From contig JBGAIQ010000005.1 of NCBI GenBank assembly GCA_044225365.1, positions 21,287 to 85,286 on the forward strand: a stretch of 64,000 nucleotides of DNA, written 5' to 3'. Shown here piece after piece: positions 28,573 through 37,737 of the stretch. Position 1 is the first letter of the stretch. Each line of letters starts with the position of its first letter. The notes beneath the pieces were generated by a model, which had not been told where the DNA came from, did no database searches, and saw nothing but the letters and a program-made list of their open reading frames with translations. The translations under genes and the position numbers were made by a program. The stretch is from Planctomycetota bacterium. GTDB lineage: Bacteria > Planctomycetota > B15-G4 > JADJEK01.

Positions 28573-31236
28573 ATGCAGACCCCGCTCATTCCATCTCTCC
28601 TATTCTTTGGCGTCATTGGCGCATCGAGCGCCGCGCTTGCCCAATTCCAGGACTTCCAGGGCTACACCGGATTCGACGTCGGACTGACCAGCCAGGTCCG
28701 ATTCCCGTCGGAGTTCCAGTTCGCCGACCTCGACGCCGACGGTCACGAGGACCTCGTCTTCGTGAGTCAGAGCGCCGCGTACCCACGACTCGGCGTGATG
28801 CTGAATCAGGGCGACGACACCTTTGCGCTTCCATCGTTCCAGGTGCTTCTCGCCGGCGCGGTCGACCTCGCGACTCTCGACATCGATGCAGATGGGGATC
28901 TCGACGTCGCCGTCGCCGAGGGCGGCGGCACGCTCGCCAACGGCCAGACGGTCGCGATCTTCAAGAACTCCGGAACCGGAGCGCTCAGCTTGAAACAGCG
29001 CGTCACGGTCGCCAAGGGCCCGGCGGGGATCGCGGCGGGTGACTTCGACGCGGACGGCGACGTCGACCTCGGTGTAGCGATCTACGGAGTCGCCGCGAGC
29101 GGAGCCTCGCTCCGCGTGCTCACCAACTCCGGCACCGGAACGTACGCGCTCGGCCCCTCGATCTCCTTGTCGAAGGCGCCCTATGGCGTTCGCTCCGGAG
29201 ATCTCAATGGCGATGGCAAGGCCGACCTCGTCGTCGTCCACGACAACGACATCCTCGATGTCCTGATCTCGACCGGCGCTTCGTTCGCGGCTCCGATCGT
29301 GTTCGACGTGAAGGCGACCACCACGCTCGGCGCCCATCTCTTCCCCTGCGTCGCGCTCGCCGACCTCGACCACGATGGCGATCTCGACATCGCGTTCTCG
29401 GACAACAATCACCAGAAGCAGAATCCCCTGCTCGTCGGGATCGTGACCGTGATCACGAATCAGGGTGGCGGCTCGTTCGCGATCGGCAACGACATCGTGT
29501 TGCGGCCCTACCAGAGCGGGTTCACCGACCTCGCGTTCGAGGACTTGAATGGAGATTCGTGGCTCGACGTTCTCGGTTGCGACCATTTCGACTGGGACTA
29601 CGTCCTTGCCGACGGCCAGGGCGGATTCCACGCCCCCACGACTCCGAGCTTCGGCTTGATCGCCGCCGATGAACCGACTGCGGTCGGCGCGCTCGACGTC
29701 GATCACGACGGGGATCTCGACGCCTTCGTCCTCGGCAGTCACTCGAACGCGATGACGATCCATCGCTTCGAGAACGGACAGCCCTTCGCGCCGCCGACCA
29801 CCGTCGGCCCCGACGGCGATCTCGACTTCGGCGATCTCGACGGCGACGGCGATCTCGACATCGTGGGCGGCGGCGGCGGGCCGATCTGGGTCACGATGAA
29901 CCAGGGCGGCGGCCACTTCGGTCCGGCGACGAACTTCCCGAGCTCGGCGTTCAACGGGCCGACGGCGGTCAAGCTCGCCGATTTGAACAACGATGGCCGG
30001 CCCGATCTCCTCATCGGCACCCTCAGCGGCTTCAACACGAAGCTCAACAACGGCAACGGCACGTTCGGCGCATTGACGCAGTGGAACATGCCGATCTGCG
30101 GCGGGAACGATCTCGATGCGGTCGATCTCGACAACGACGGCAATCTCGACATCGTCATTCCCGAATCCGCCGGTTGTCCCGGCGTCCCGTTCCCGCGCGT
30201 CTTCATCGCGAAGGGTCTCGGCAACGGAACGTTCGTCCCGCCGATCCAGTTCAACGCCACTTTCCTCGTCGAGAAGATGACCCACGCCGATCTCGACGGC
30301 GACGGCAATCAGGACCTCGTCCTCTCGGGCAACACGACGCTCGAGATCTATCGCGGCAACGGCAACCTCACCTTCCAGCCGAAGGTCCAGGTCCCCGCCG
30401 ACTTCGCGCCGCACGGGATCGTGGTGGCCGACCTGAACGGCGACTCGATCCTCGATCTCGCATCATGCAACTGGGGCAACATCGACGACGACGGGATCGA
30501 CGAGACGATGACGGTGTCGCTCGGCATCGATGGACTCACGTATGCGCCGAAGACGATCTACGCCGCGAACGGCTCGTGGGACCTCGGGTCCGTCCTCGGC
30601 ATCAGTGCCGCGGATGCCGATCGCGACGGCGACGTCGATCTCTTCGTGACCAATTTCGATTCGCACGACGTGTCGCTGTTCAAGAATCGTGGCGACGGCA
30701 CGTTCCTCGCCGCCACGCGTATCGGCGGCGTGAAGGACCTGACGGACTCGGTCGTCGCGGACTTCACGGGCGACGGCATCGTCGACATCGTGCTCACGGG
30801 AAGTTCCTGGGCGCCCTCGGTCGCGCCCGGCATCACGTTGCTCGAAGGCCTCGGAAACGACCCATGGATCGCGCTCGGCACCGGATCGAAAGGCACGCTC
30901 GGTGTGCCGCATCTCGACGGCGATGGCGCACTCGTCGCGGGCAACACGATCACGTTCCATCTCGCGAAGGCGCGACCGAACGCGACCGGGGTCTACATCG
31001 TCGGTTTCAGCACGCTGATGATGCCGTACCTCGGCAGCACATTGGTGCCGACCCCGAACCTGCTCCTCCCGCTCGGCGTCGATGCGACGGGCGCGGCGAG
31101 TCTCGAAGCGGCGCTGCCTCCGACGATCGCCGTCGGTTCGAGCTTCGACGTCGTCGCTCAGTGCTGGATCCTCGACCCGCTCGCGGCGAACGCGTACGCG
31201 GCGGCATCGAACGGCATCCTCGCCCACTCGCCCTGA
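28573..31236 (+). CDS. Secreted FG-GAP/VCBS (integrin-alpha-like beta-propeller) repeat protein with conserved C-terminal module
   Basis: Starts at an internal ATG of track ORF 28357..31236, giving the signal peptide MQTPLIPSLLFFGVIGASSAALA. About 14 repeats of DxDGDGxxD[LI]xV are present. The C-terminal roughly 110 aa form the shared module. Confidence 0.7.
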   Translation: MQTPLIPSLLFFGVIGASSAALAQFQDFQGYTGFDVGLTSQVRFPSEFQFADLDADGHEDLVFVSQSAAYPRLGVMLNQGDDTFALPSFQVLLAGAVDLATLDIDADGDLDVAVAEGGGTLANGQTVAIFKNSGTGALSLKQRVTVAKGPAGIAAGDFDADGDVDLGVAIYGVAASGASLRVLTNSGTGTYALGPSISLSKAPYGVRSGDLNGDGKADLVVVHDNDILDVLISTGASFAAPIVFDVKATTTLGAHLFPCVALADLDHDGDLDIAFSDNNHQKQNPLLVGIVTVITNQGGGSFAIGNDIVLRPYQSGFTDLAFEDLNGDSWLDVLGCDHFDWDYVLADGQGGFHAPTTPSFGLIAADEPTAVGALDVDHDGDLDAFVLGSHSNAMTIHRFENGQPFAPPTTVGPDGDLDFGDLDGDGDLDIVGGGGGPIWVTMNQGGGHFGPATNFPSSAFNGPTAVKLADLNNDGRPDLLIGTLSGFNTKLNNGNGTFGALTQWNMPICGGNDLDAVDLDNDGNLDIVIPESAGCPGVPFPRVFIAKGLGNGTFVPPIQFNATFLVEKMTHADLDGDGNQDLVLSGNTTLEIYRGNGNLTFQPKVQVPADFAPHGIVVADLNGDSILDLASCNWGNIDDDGIDETMTVSLGIDGLTYAPKTIYAANGSWDLGSVLGISAADADRDGDVDLFVTNFDSHDVSLFKNRGDGTFLAATRIGGVKDLTDSVVADFTGDGIVDIVLTGSSWAPSVAPGITLLEGLGNDPWIALGTGSKGTLGVPHLDGDGALVAGNTITFHLAKARPNATGVYIVGFSTLMMPYLGSTLVPTPNLLLPLGVDATGAASLEAALPPTIAVGSSFDVVAQCWILDPLAANAYAAASNGILAHSP

Positions 31237-31275
31237 AGATCTCCCTACGCTCCTCATGCGCCCGCGGCGGTCGGA

Positions 31276-31887
31276 TCATTCCGCCGCTGCGGGTGCGTCG
31301 CTTCCCGGCCCGCCAGGCAGCGCGCCGCCGATCTCGCTCTCCAAGTAGGCCCTCGCGATGCGCCAATCCCGCGCGACCGTCCGCTCCGAGGATTCGAGGA
31401 GCTGAGCGACCTCCGCGACCGAGAATCCACCGAAGAAGCGCAATTCGACGAGACGCGCCTTCTCGGGATCGACGACCGCGAGCTTCAAGAGCGCGGAATC
31501 GAGCGCGATCAAGCGATCGTCGGTCACCGGAACCGATTCGGCGGGATGACCGTCCCCGGTTCCGAGTTCGACCCGCTCGCGACCTCCGCCCCGCTTCTCG
31601 CTGCCGCGCGCGCGCGCATGCTCGATCAGGATGCGTCGAATCGTGCGGGCCGCGGCCGCGAAGAACTCGCCGCGCGAACCGATCGTCGGGAACGGCGCGC
31701 CGAAGAGGCGAAGATAGACCTCGTTCGCGAGCGCCGTCGGTTGCAACGTGTGATCCGCACGCTCGCCTTTGAGGAAATGGCGGGCGAGCCGACGGAAATC
31801 GGAATACACGGCCGACGCGAGTTCCCGTCCCGCGTCGGGATCCCCGTCGCGGGCGCGAGCGATCAGGCGATCGATGTCCACTTCCAT
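31276..31887 (-). CDS. ECF-type sigma-70 family RNA polymerase sigma factor (the kinase-associated ECF type)
   Basis: Starts at an internal ATG (MEVDIDRL...). Region 2, ...ALANEVYLRL..., and region 4, ...RLVELRFFGGFSVAEVAQLLESSERTVARDWRIARAYL, are both recognisable. No anti-sigma gene is adjacent. Confidence 0.75.
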   Translation of the reverse strand: MEVDIDRLIARARDGDPDAGRELASAVYSDFRRLARHFLKGERADHTLQPTALANEVYLRLFGAPFPTIGSRGEFFAAAARTIRRILIEHARARGSEKRGGGRERVELGTGDGHPAESVPVTDDRLIALDSALLKLAVVDPEKARLVELRFFGGFSVAEVAQLLESSERTVARDWRIARAYLESEIGGALPGGPGSDAPAAAE

Positions 31888-31965
31888 CCGGTAGCACTCC
31901 GTCGCGCGCGAGAATCGCTCAGCGCACGGCAACGCCCGGACAGGATAACAGGCGGACTCGATCCG

Positions 31966-33786
31966 TCAGGGTTTGAAGTCGACGCGCACCGCGTTCGAGA
32001 TCCCGACGCCATGCAGGAGGCTCGGGTCGACGTACACGTACTGCAAGTCGAGCGCGAGCGGGCCGCCGCCGCCGGGGATCGCCGGGATCTGGACCTGCCC
32101 CGCCGCGTTCGTGAACAACGAGACCTGGATCAGCACGGGCACCGTGACGAGCGTGCCGCCGAGGAAGGGAATCGGACTGACCTGGGTGCTCGCGAGCAGG
32201 ATCCCGGCCTGATTCGCCGCAGCGCCCGTGACGCTGAGCGCGGCCGTCGTGCCGGTCGACAGATCCCCTCCGCAGACGCTGAGCTTCGAGTTCCCGGGGC
32301 CGCCGAATCCGAGATCCAACTGGCAAACGTAGGCCGAGAACGACACGGGATTCGACGCGATCCCGTTGGCGACGACCTCGAGGGAGAACACACCGGGCGG
32401 CAGCGATGCCGGGAGCGTGAACTCGGTGCTCACCGGCAACGAACCCGTCATGACGCCCGTGCTGCTCCAATTGAAAGTCCGCGCGTAGTACACGCTCGTT
32501 CCGCTCGTGAGTCGCACGAGCGGGTAGTTGGAGTTCATCTGGAAGTCGTCGCCGTACGACGCGCCCTCCGAGATGCCGTTCAACTGCGTTCCGACGAGGT
32601 GGTACGAGCCGTTCGCGTTCGGCGTGATCGAGGTGATCGTCGGCTTGCCGGCCGCGAGCGGGCTGCCGGTCGGCTTGTAGACGTAGAGGTCCTTACCCAT
32701 GTGCGAGTAGAGCACGGTCCCGTCCGGCAGATCGAGCATCAAGGTCGTGAACGTGGGCGTGTTGTCCGTCGTTCCGTTCGGCGCGGGCTGCAGGCTGAAC
32801 GAGTTCGCGACCGGATCGTACTCGTAGAACGTCGTCGGCGCGGGAAAGCCATTGCCCGGCGACGGCGTCGGGCTGGTGGCGCAGAGCACGTTGCCCGTCA
32901 CGAGCATCGCCGCCGGCGCGTCCGGCGTGCCGTTGCCGTTCGGGATGTCCGGCCCTGCCGTCCACACTCCCTGCTGGAAGCCGAGCGAGGGCGTGTAGAG
33001 CGCGGTATGTCCCGTCGAGCCGAGGAAGAAGGCCTTGCCGCTCGGAAGCAGGAGCGCGCCGCCGAGCTCACCGACGTAGGGGTCGTAGAGCGAGACCGGA
33101 ACCGTCGCGTCGTTGATCCAGAGGTTGAAGAGCGAGATGAATCGCTCCGAGTGCGTACCGAACGGATCGATCGTGAGGATGCTGTTGTCTGGCAGCTTCA
33201 CCCAGCTCGCCTCGTCCTGGTATCCGCCGTATGCGAGCTGTGCCGCGTTCTGCCAAGTGTTGTTCACGGGGTCATAGATCAAACCCACGCCGTACGAATG
33301 CGGAACGACCGGCATCAAGAGCACTCGACCGTCCGAGAGCAGTTCGCTGTTGCAGTCGAAGAACAGATCGGTCGCCGTATTCCAGATCGCCGGCGGCGGA
33401 TCGACCTGCGTCCACACGTTGGTCTTCGGATCGAAGACCTCGGCATGCGGACCACCCGAGCCGTACTCCGCACCCGCCACGAACACGCGCCCGTCCTTCA
33501 GCACCTGCGACGGATAGTAGAGCCGCGTATCGTGCGCATCCGCGAATGCCGACCAGTAGCCATTCACGTAACTGCCATGGATGTCCGGATTGAGCCGATA
33601 CCACGACTTGCCGATCGTGCCTCCATCGTTCCTCGCCGCCATCACGGTGCCATCGGACAGGAGCAGCATCAGATTGACCGGACCCGGCGCAGTCTGATGG
33701 AGCTTGGTCCACGTTCCTGCGGACGCGACCTCGGGCAGCAACAAAACGGGAAGGAAGACGAGATGGCGGAAGCGGGAGGCGGACAT
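31966..33786 (-). CDS. Secreted Kelch/galactose-oxidase-like beta-propeller protein with conserved C-terminal module
   Basis: Starts at an internal ATG of track ORF 31966..33888, giving the signal peptide MSASRFRHLVFLPVLLLPEVASA. Repeated DGRV[FL]..G/DG[TS]V propeller blades are present. The C-terminal roughly 120 aa form the shared module. Confidence 0.6.
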   Translation of the reverse strand: MSASRFRHLVFLPVLLLPEVASAGTWTKLHQTAPGPVNLMLLLSDGTVMAARNDGGTIGKSWYRLNPDIHGSYVNGYWSAFADAHDTRLYYPSQVLKDGRVFVAGAEYGSGGPHAEVFDPKTNVWTQVDPPPAIWNTATDLFFDCNSELLSDGRVLLMPVVPHSYGVGLIYDPVNNTWQNAAQLAYGGYQDEASWVKLPDNSILTIDPFGTHSERFISLFNLWINDATVPVSLYDPYVGELGGALLLPSGKAFFLGSTGHTALYTPSLGFQQGVWTAGPDIPNGNGTPDAPAAMLVTGNVLCATSPTPSPGNGFPAPTTFYEYDPVANSFSLQPAPNGTTDNTPTFTTLMLDLPDGTVLYSHMGKDLYVYKPTGSPLAAGKPTITSITPNANGSYHLVGTQLNGISEGASYGDDFQMNSNYPLVRLTSGTSVYYARTFNWSSTGVMTGSLPVSTEFTLPASLPPGVFSLEVVANGIASNPVSFSAYVCQLDLGFGGPGNSKLSVCGGDLSTGTTAALSVTGAAANQAGILLASTQVSPIPFLGGTLVTVPVLIQVSLFTNAAGQVQIPAIPGGGGPLALDLQYVYVDPSLLHGVGISNAVRVDFKP

Positions 33787-33877
33787 GAGGCTCCTTGGGC
33801 AGGGCGACTTCGTGAGGAAGAGTCTACTCCAAGGAGTCGTCGAGGGTCCTGCGGCGAAGGCAGCGCCGAGACGACAG

Positions 33878-33912
33878 CATCCCCGCACTCGCTTTGCGCG
33901 AATGCGGGGATG
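33878..33912. terminator. Hairpin (10-bp stem CATCCCCGCA/TGCGGGGATG, about 15-nt loop) immediately 3' of tRNA-Arg on the minus strand
   Basis: Read directly; it begins about 10 nt after the tRNA's CCA end. Confidence 0.4.
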
Positions 33913-33921
33913 CTCGATGTT

Positions 33922-33998
33922 TGGTACGCCCGTCGCGAGTCGAACGCGAAACCTTCGCCTTCGGAGGGCGACACTCTATCCAGTTGAGCTACGGGCGC
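33922..33998 (-). tRNA. tRNA-Arg (anticodon CCG), 77 nt with encoded CCA
   Basis: The minus-strand sequence GCGCCCGTAGCTCAACTGGATAGAGTGTCGCCCTCCGAAGGCGAAGGTTTCGCGTTCGACTCGCGACGGGCGTACCA folds as a cloverleaf. It has a 7-bp acceptor stem (G1-U72 wobble), D-arm GCTC/GAGT, anticodon stem TCGCC/GGCGA with loop CTCCGAA, and a T-arm with TTCGA. It aligns closely with E. coli tRNA-Arg(CCG). Confidence 0.85.
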
Positions 33999-34035
33999 GC
34001 AGGACGCGCGATCTTAGCGGTCCCGCCCTCGGAAA

Positions 34036-35778
34036 CTACTTCTTCTCGCCGCGATGGAGGCTGTGCACGAAGATGCCGTCCGTGCTGATCCGCGTCACGA
34101 CGGCGTCGCGTCCCGAGGTGAACGAAGCGAGCTTTTCCTTGTCGAGTTGCTCGATCGACATCGCCGAGTCGCGCTTGCCGAGACCCATCATGAACAACGC
34201 GAGCAGTCCGAAGTTCGCCTTCAAGCTGTCCGCCGCGTCCGTCGCGTAGATGACCGAGAAGGGACCCTTGCCGAGGGCCGCGAGCGTGCTCGCAAAGGCC
34301 GGGTCGGTGGCGAGCGACGGCAGCTTGCTCTCGCCGCCGCGACGTAGGATGTCCTTCAACAGCTCACTCGACGCCGAGATCACCATGAGGTCGGGCTGGA
34401 TCGTGTAGTGGAGCTTCACCGGCAGGATCGACGCAGGGAGCGTCCAGAGGATCTTGCCGTCGAACTCGCTGCGCTCTCGGATGGCGGCGAGGCCGTTCTC
34501 CTGGATGTACGCGTCGAGGGCCGTTTCGATCGTCTTGCCGTCGTCGATCTTGATCGCGACCGCGACGCTGTGCGGATCCTCCTCGGTGCCGGGGAGGGCC
34601 TCGGTCTCGTCCTTCACCTTCGAATACGCGATCGCGATCTCGTTGCCGAGCGGATCGAGCACGTCGCGGCGCAGGTTGAACTTGTCCGTCGACATCGAGT
34701 CCAACTCGGACTGCATCGTCTTCGCCGTCTCCGGATCGATCTTCTCCATCTCGGAGAGCAACGCCTCGAACCCGGCGCCGATGTCGAGATGAACCGTCGA
34801 GCCTCGCTCGACATCGCTCGAGAGTCTCGAGAGCAGGTTCATTGGACCCGCGGGGAAGAACTTCGACAGGATCGTGCCGATCGGCGTCTCGCCCTCGATG
34901 CGAACCTCGATCGAGTACTCGCTGGTCTTCGAGTCGACCTTGCCGCGCATCGCGGCGCGACCGATCTTGTCGACTCCGAGCTTGCGCGCCATCTCACTGT
35001 CCGAGACGTTCTTCTCGGACTCGAGTCCCTCGCGGACGATCGTGCCGAGATCCACGTAAGCGCGAAGGCCCGAACCGCTCGGATTCGCGCCGAGGGACGC
35101 CTCGAAATCCGCCTTCTTGGAAAGCGGGTTCTCGAGCTTGCCCGACAAGCCCTGGATCAATTGTTCGATCTCGTCGCGATCGCCGTCCTTCTGCGGCTGC
35201 ACGGTGAGCACGAACGTCGAACCGACGACCGCATACGCCAGTTCGGCCGGCTTGTCGTTCTCCGACTTCGCCTTCTCCGTGACGATCGTCACCGAAACAC
35301 CCTCGATCTCGCGCGTCTCCTGCGAGCCCTTGCCCTCGTCGATCTCCTTCTTCAGGAGGTCGCTGAACTGCTGCGCGAGCTCTCCGGCATGATCGCCGCC
35401 GCCCAGCAGGAAACCGATGCGAGGAATCGAGACTCGCTGCTTGAAGAAGTCGGGATCCGAAGCCGCGGAATCGAAGAAGACCAGCGCGGCGCCGCCCTCG
35501 ATCTTCTCGAGCATGGCGAACGGATCGGCGCCGGCATCCTGCGCGATCTTGCTGCGCATCTCGCTGAAGGTCTTCCAGAAGTCCTCCCGCACCGCGTCCA
35601 TCGACGGGTCCATGAGGCAGCGTCCGAGATCGCTGGCCTTGAAATCCGCGATCGTCTGCTCGACGTCGTCGCACTCGAGGAACCCCCACACGTCGGCCGG
35701 CACGGCCTTCTCGTAGGCATCGCCCGCGATCGCCGTGGCGGAAAGTGCAAGGGTGGAAAGAAGCGTGTTGCGGATCAT
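34036..35778 (-). CDS. Secreted hypothetical protein (paralog A of a tandem pair)
   Basis: 580 aa with an ATG start and signal peptide MIRNTLLSTLALSATAIAG. It shares ADVW..CDDV, ETREI.G..V, GST.FVL and the ...GDSKLPSLA.D... block with the upstream gene. Confidence 0.6.
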   Translation of the reverse strand: MIRNTLLSTLALSATAIAGDAYEKAVPADVWGFLECDDVEQTIADFKASDLGRCLMDPSMDAVREDFWKTFSEMRSKIAQDAGADPFAMLEKIEGGAALVFFDSAASDPDFFKQRVSIPRIGFLLGGGDHAGELAQQFSDLLKKEIDEGKGSQETREIEGVSVTIVTEKAKSENDKPAELAYAVVGSTFVLTVQPQKDGDRDEIEQLIQGLSGKLENPLSKKADFEASLGANPSGSGLRAYVDLGTIVREGLESEKNVSDSEMARKLGVDKIGRAAMRGKVDSKTSEYSIEVRIEGETPIGTILSKFFPAGPMNLLSRLSSDVERGSTVHLDIGAGFEALLSEMEKIDPETAKTMQSELDSMSTDKFNLRRDVLDPLGNEIAIAYSKVKDETEALPGTEEDPHSVAVAIKIDDGKTIETALDAYIQENGLAAIRERSEFDGKILWTLPASILPVKLHYTIQPDLMVISASSELLKDILRRGGESKLPSLATDPAFASTLAALGKGPFSVIYATDAADSLKANFGLLALFMMGLGKRDSAMSIEQLDKEKLASFTSGRDAVVTRISTDGIFVHSLHRGEKK

Positions 35779-35791
35779 CGAGTTTTCCTAG

Positions 35792-37690
35792 TCACTGTTT
35801 TTCGTTGAGCCAGAGTGCGCGTACGCGGATCCCGCGGGCGTCGATGGACAAGCCGCTGACCGCGCGACCCGTGATGTACTTCTTGATGTCGTCCGCCGTG
35901 ATCGAGCCGAGCGTCGATTCGATTTCGGGTTTCCTGAGGACGAGGCCCTGGCGCATTCCAGCGAGGAAAGCGGAGGTGTAGGTCGCGGAATCGACCTCGG
36001 AGACGATCGATTGCGACGACTCACCGAGCGCGGCGAAACCGGCCTTGATCGATTCGTCGCTCGCGAGCGACGGCAGCTTCGAATCCCCACTGCGACGCAG
36101 GACGTCTTCCACGATCTCGCGCGCCGCGGAGATGACGAGCTGATCGTTGGTGAGCGAGTACGAGACCTCGATCCCGAGAGGCGTGGGGATCGTGAAGATG
36201 ACGCGACCCTCGAACTCGGTTCGACGGCGGATCGCGTCGAGGCCTTGCCCCTTCAACAGGGCCTCGAGACTCGTCTCGAGCGCCGCACCATCCTTCAGCT
36301 CGACGATGAAACCGACGTTCGAAGGATCGTCCTCACTGCCGGGCAACGCCTGGTTCTCGTCCTTCACGGCGATGCGGAAGACCGCGACCTCGCGCCCGAG
36401 CAGGGCGAGGAGTTGCGTTTGCAAGTCGAAGCCGCCGACCTTGGCCTCCTCGAGGCCCGATCGCATTTCGGAAGCCGCGTCGGGTTCCACGACGTCGAGG
36501 AACTCCCCGAGCGATTCGATCGCGGCGGGAAAGTCGACGTGGAACAGCATCGCGTTGCGCGCTTCGACGGGGATCTTCGAAGCGAGTCCGAACTTGCCGC
36601 TCGGCAGCAGGCGCTCGAGCAGCTTCGTGAGCACGCTCGAATCCTCCATCGAGAGCTCGAGCCCCGCAGAGGAACCCGTCGCGGCGGGAGTGAATTGCAG
36701 CGCGAAGTATCCGAGATGCTGCAGGCCGAGCGCTTCGAGCTTCTGTGCGCCTTCGAGCGAGATGCCATGACTCTCCGGCTCGTCGTCGGCCTCGTCCATG
36801 TCCTCGTCGTAGTCCTCGCCCTCGTCGTCGCCCGCCCCATCCGAATCCGGATCGTCGATGTACGCGTCCGTGTCTTCGTCGGCAGAGTCGCCCTCGACGA
36901 TCCCGCTCTCGTGGGCGTGCTTCAGCGCCGACGCCAGGATCGATCCGACGTTGACGAACGCATGGAGCGCTCCGCCGCCGCCGGGTCCGGCCTGCGCGGA
37001 CTTGTAGAAGGGAGAGTCGGCGAGCGACTCGTGCGGTTCTCCGGCCAGGCCGCGCACGACGGATTCGAGGCGTTCCGGCTTCGCGTGATGGAGATCGGAC
37101 CCGAGCACGAACACGGTGGAACCGACCATTCCGATCGCGAGTTCGGAGGGTTTCGCATCGTCGGGCTTGTCGTCGAAGACTTCGACCGCGATTCCCGCGA
37201 TCTCCCGCGTCTCCTTCACGACCTTCCCCTTCGCGACGTCCTCGCCCACCGAGTCCTCGATCTTCGCGAGCAACTCCGGAGCATGCCCCTCGGCCCCGAA
37301 GAGGAAGAGGAGCGGCGGGTACTCCGCTTCGCCGAAGACGTACTCGGGATCGAAGGCCGAGGGATCGAGCACCGCGAGCGCCGAAGGCCCGTCCAGAAGC
37401 TGCAAGAACTCGAGCGGGTCGGGCCCACCCTTTTCGGCGGCCTCCTTGCGCATCGTCTCGAACATCGCGACGACCGCGTCTCGCACCGGCGCGAACTTCG
37501 GATCCGCGAAGAGTCGGCCCAACTCCGTGCTCTCCACGCCGGCGACGAGTCCCTTGACGTCATCGCATCCGATGTATGCCCAGACATCGGCCGGCAGCGC
37601 GTGATCGAGCGTGAGCGGCGGAGACGGGTCACCGCCGAAGGCGATCCCGCACGACAGCAGGGAGGCAAAGCCAAGGACTCGCAGCTTCAT
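35792..37690 (-). CDS. Secreted hypothetical protein (paralog B) with a 45-aa poly-acidic insert
   Basis: Starts at the ATG at 37690 (the track ORF begins one codon earlier at a GTG). The signal peptide is MKLRVLGFASLLSCGIAFG. The insert EGDSADEDTDAYIDDPDSDGAGDDEGEDYDEDMDEADDEPE is absent from paralog A. Confidence 0.6.
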   Translation of the reverse strand: MKLRVLGFASLLSCGIAFGGDPSPPLTLDHALPADVWAYIGCDDVKGLVAGVESTELGRLFADPKFAPVRDAVVAMFETMRKEAAEKGGPDPLEFLQLLDGPSALAVLDPSAFDPEYVFGEAEYPPLLFLFGAEGHAPELLAKIEDSVGEDVAKGKVVKETREIAGIAVEVFDDKPDDAKPSELAIGMVGSTVFVLGSDLHHAKPERLESVVRGLAGEPHESLADSPFYKSAQAGPGGGGALHAFVNVGSILASALKHAHESGIVEGDSADEDTDAYIDDPDSDGAGDDEGEDYDEDMDEADDEPESHGISLEGAQKLEALGLQHLGYFALQFTPAATGSSAGLELSMEDSSVLTKLLERLLPSGKFGLASKIPVEARNAMLFHVDFPAAIESLGEFLDVVEPDAASEMRSGLEEAKVGGFDLQTQLLALLGREVAVFRIAVKDENQALPGSEDDPSNVGFIVELKDGAALETSLEALLKGQGLDAIRRRTEFEGRVIFTIPTPLGIEVSYSLTNDQLVISAAREIVEDVLRRSGDSKLPSLASDESIKAGFAALGESSQSIVSEVDSATYTSAFLAGMRQGLVLRKPEIESTLGSITADDIKKYITGRAVSGLSIDARGIRVRALWLNEKQ

Positions 37691-37737
37691 CACGCTACCT
37701 CGATTCTAGAACCGATCCCTTGCCACGAACCCACGCT

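Noticed and set aside
33786-34036. tRNA-associated genomic island or prophage boundary.
   Set aside because: No integrase, transposase or phage gene is present in the window. No tRNA 3'-end direct repeat was found by eye. The idea is retained only as a low-level hypothesis in the findings.
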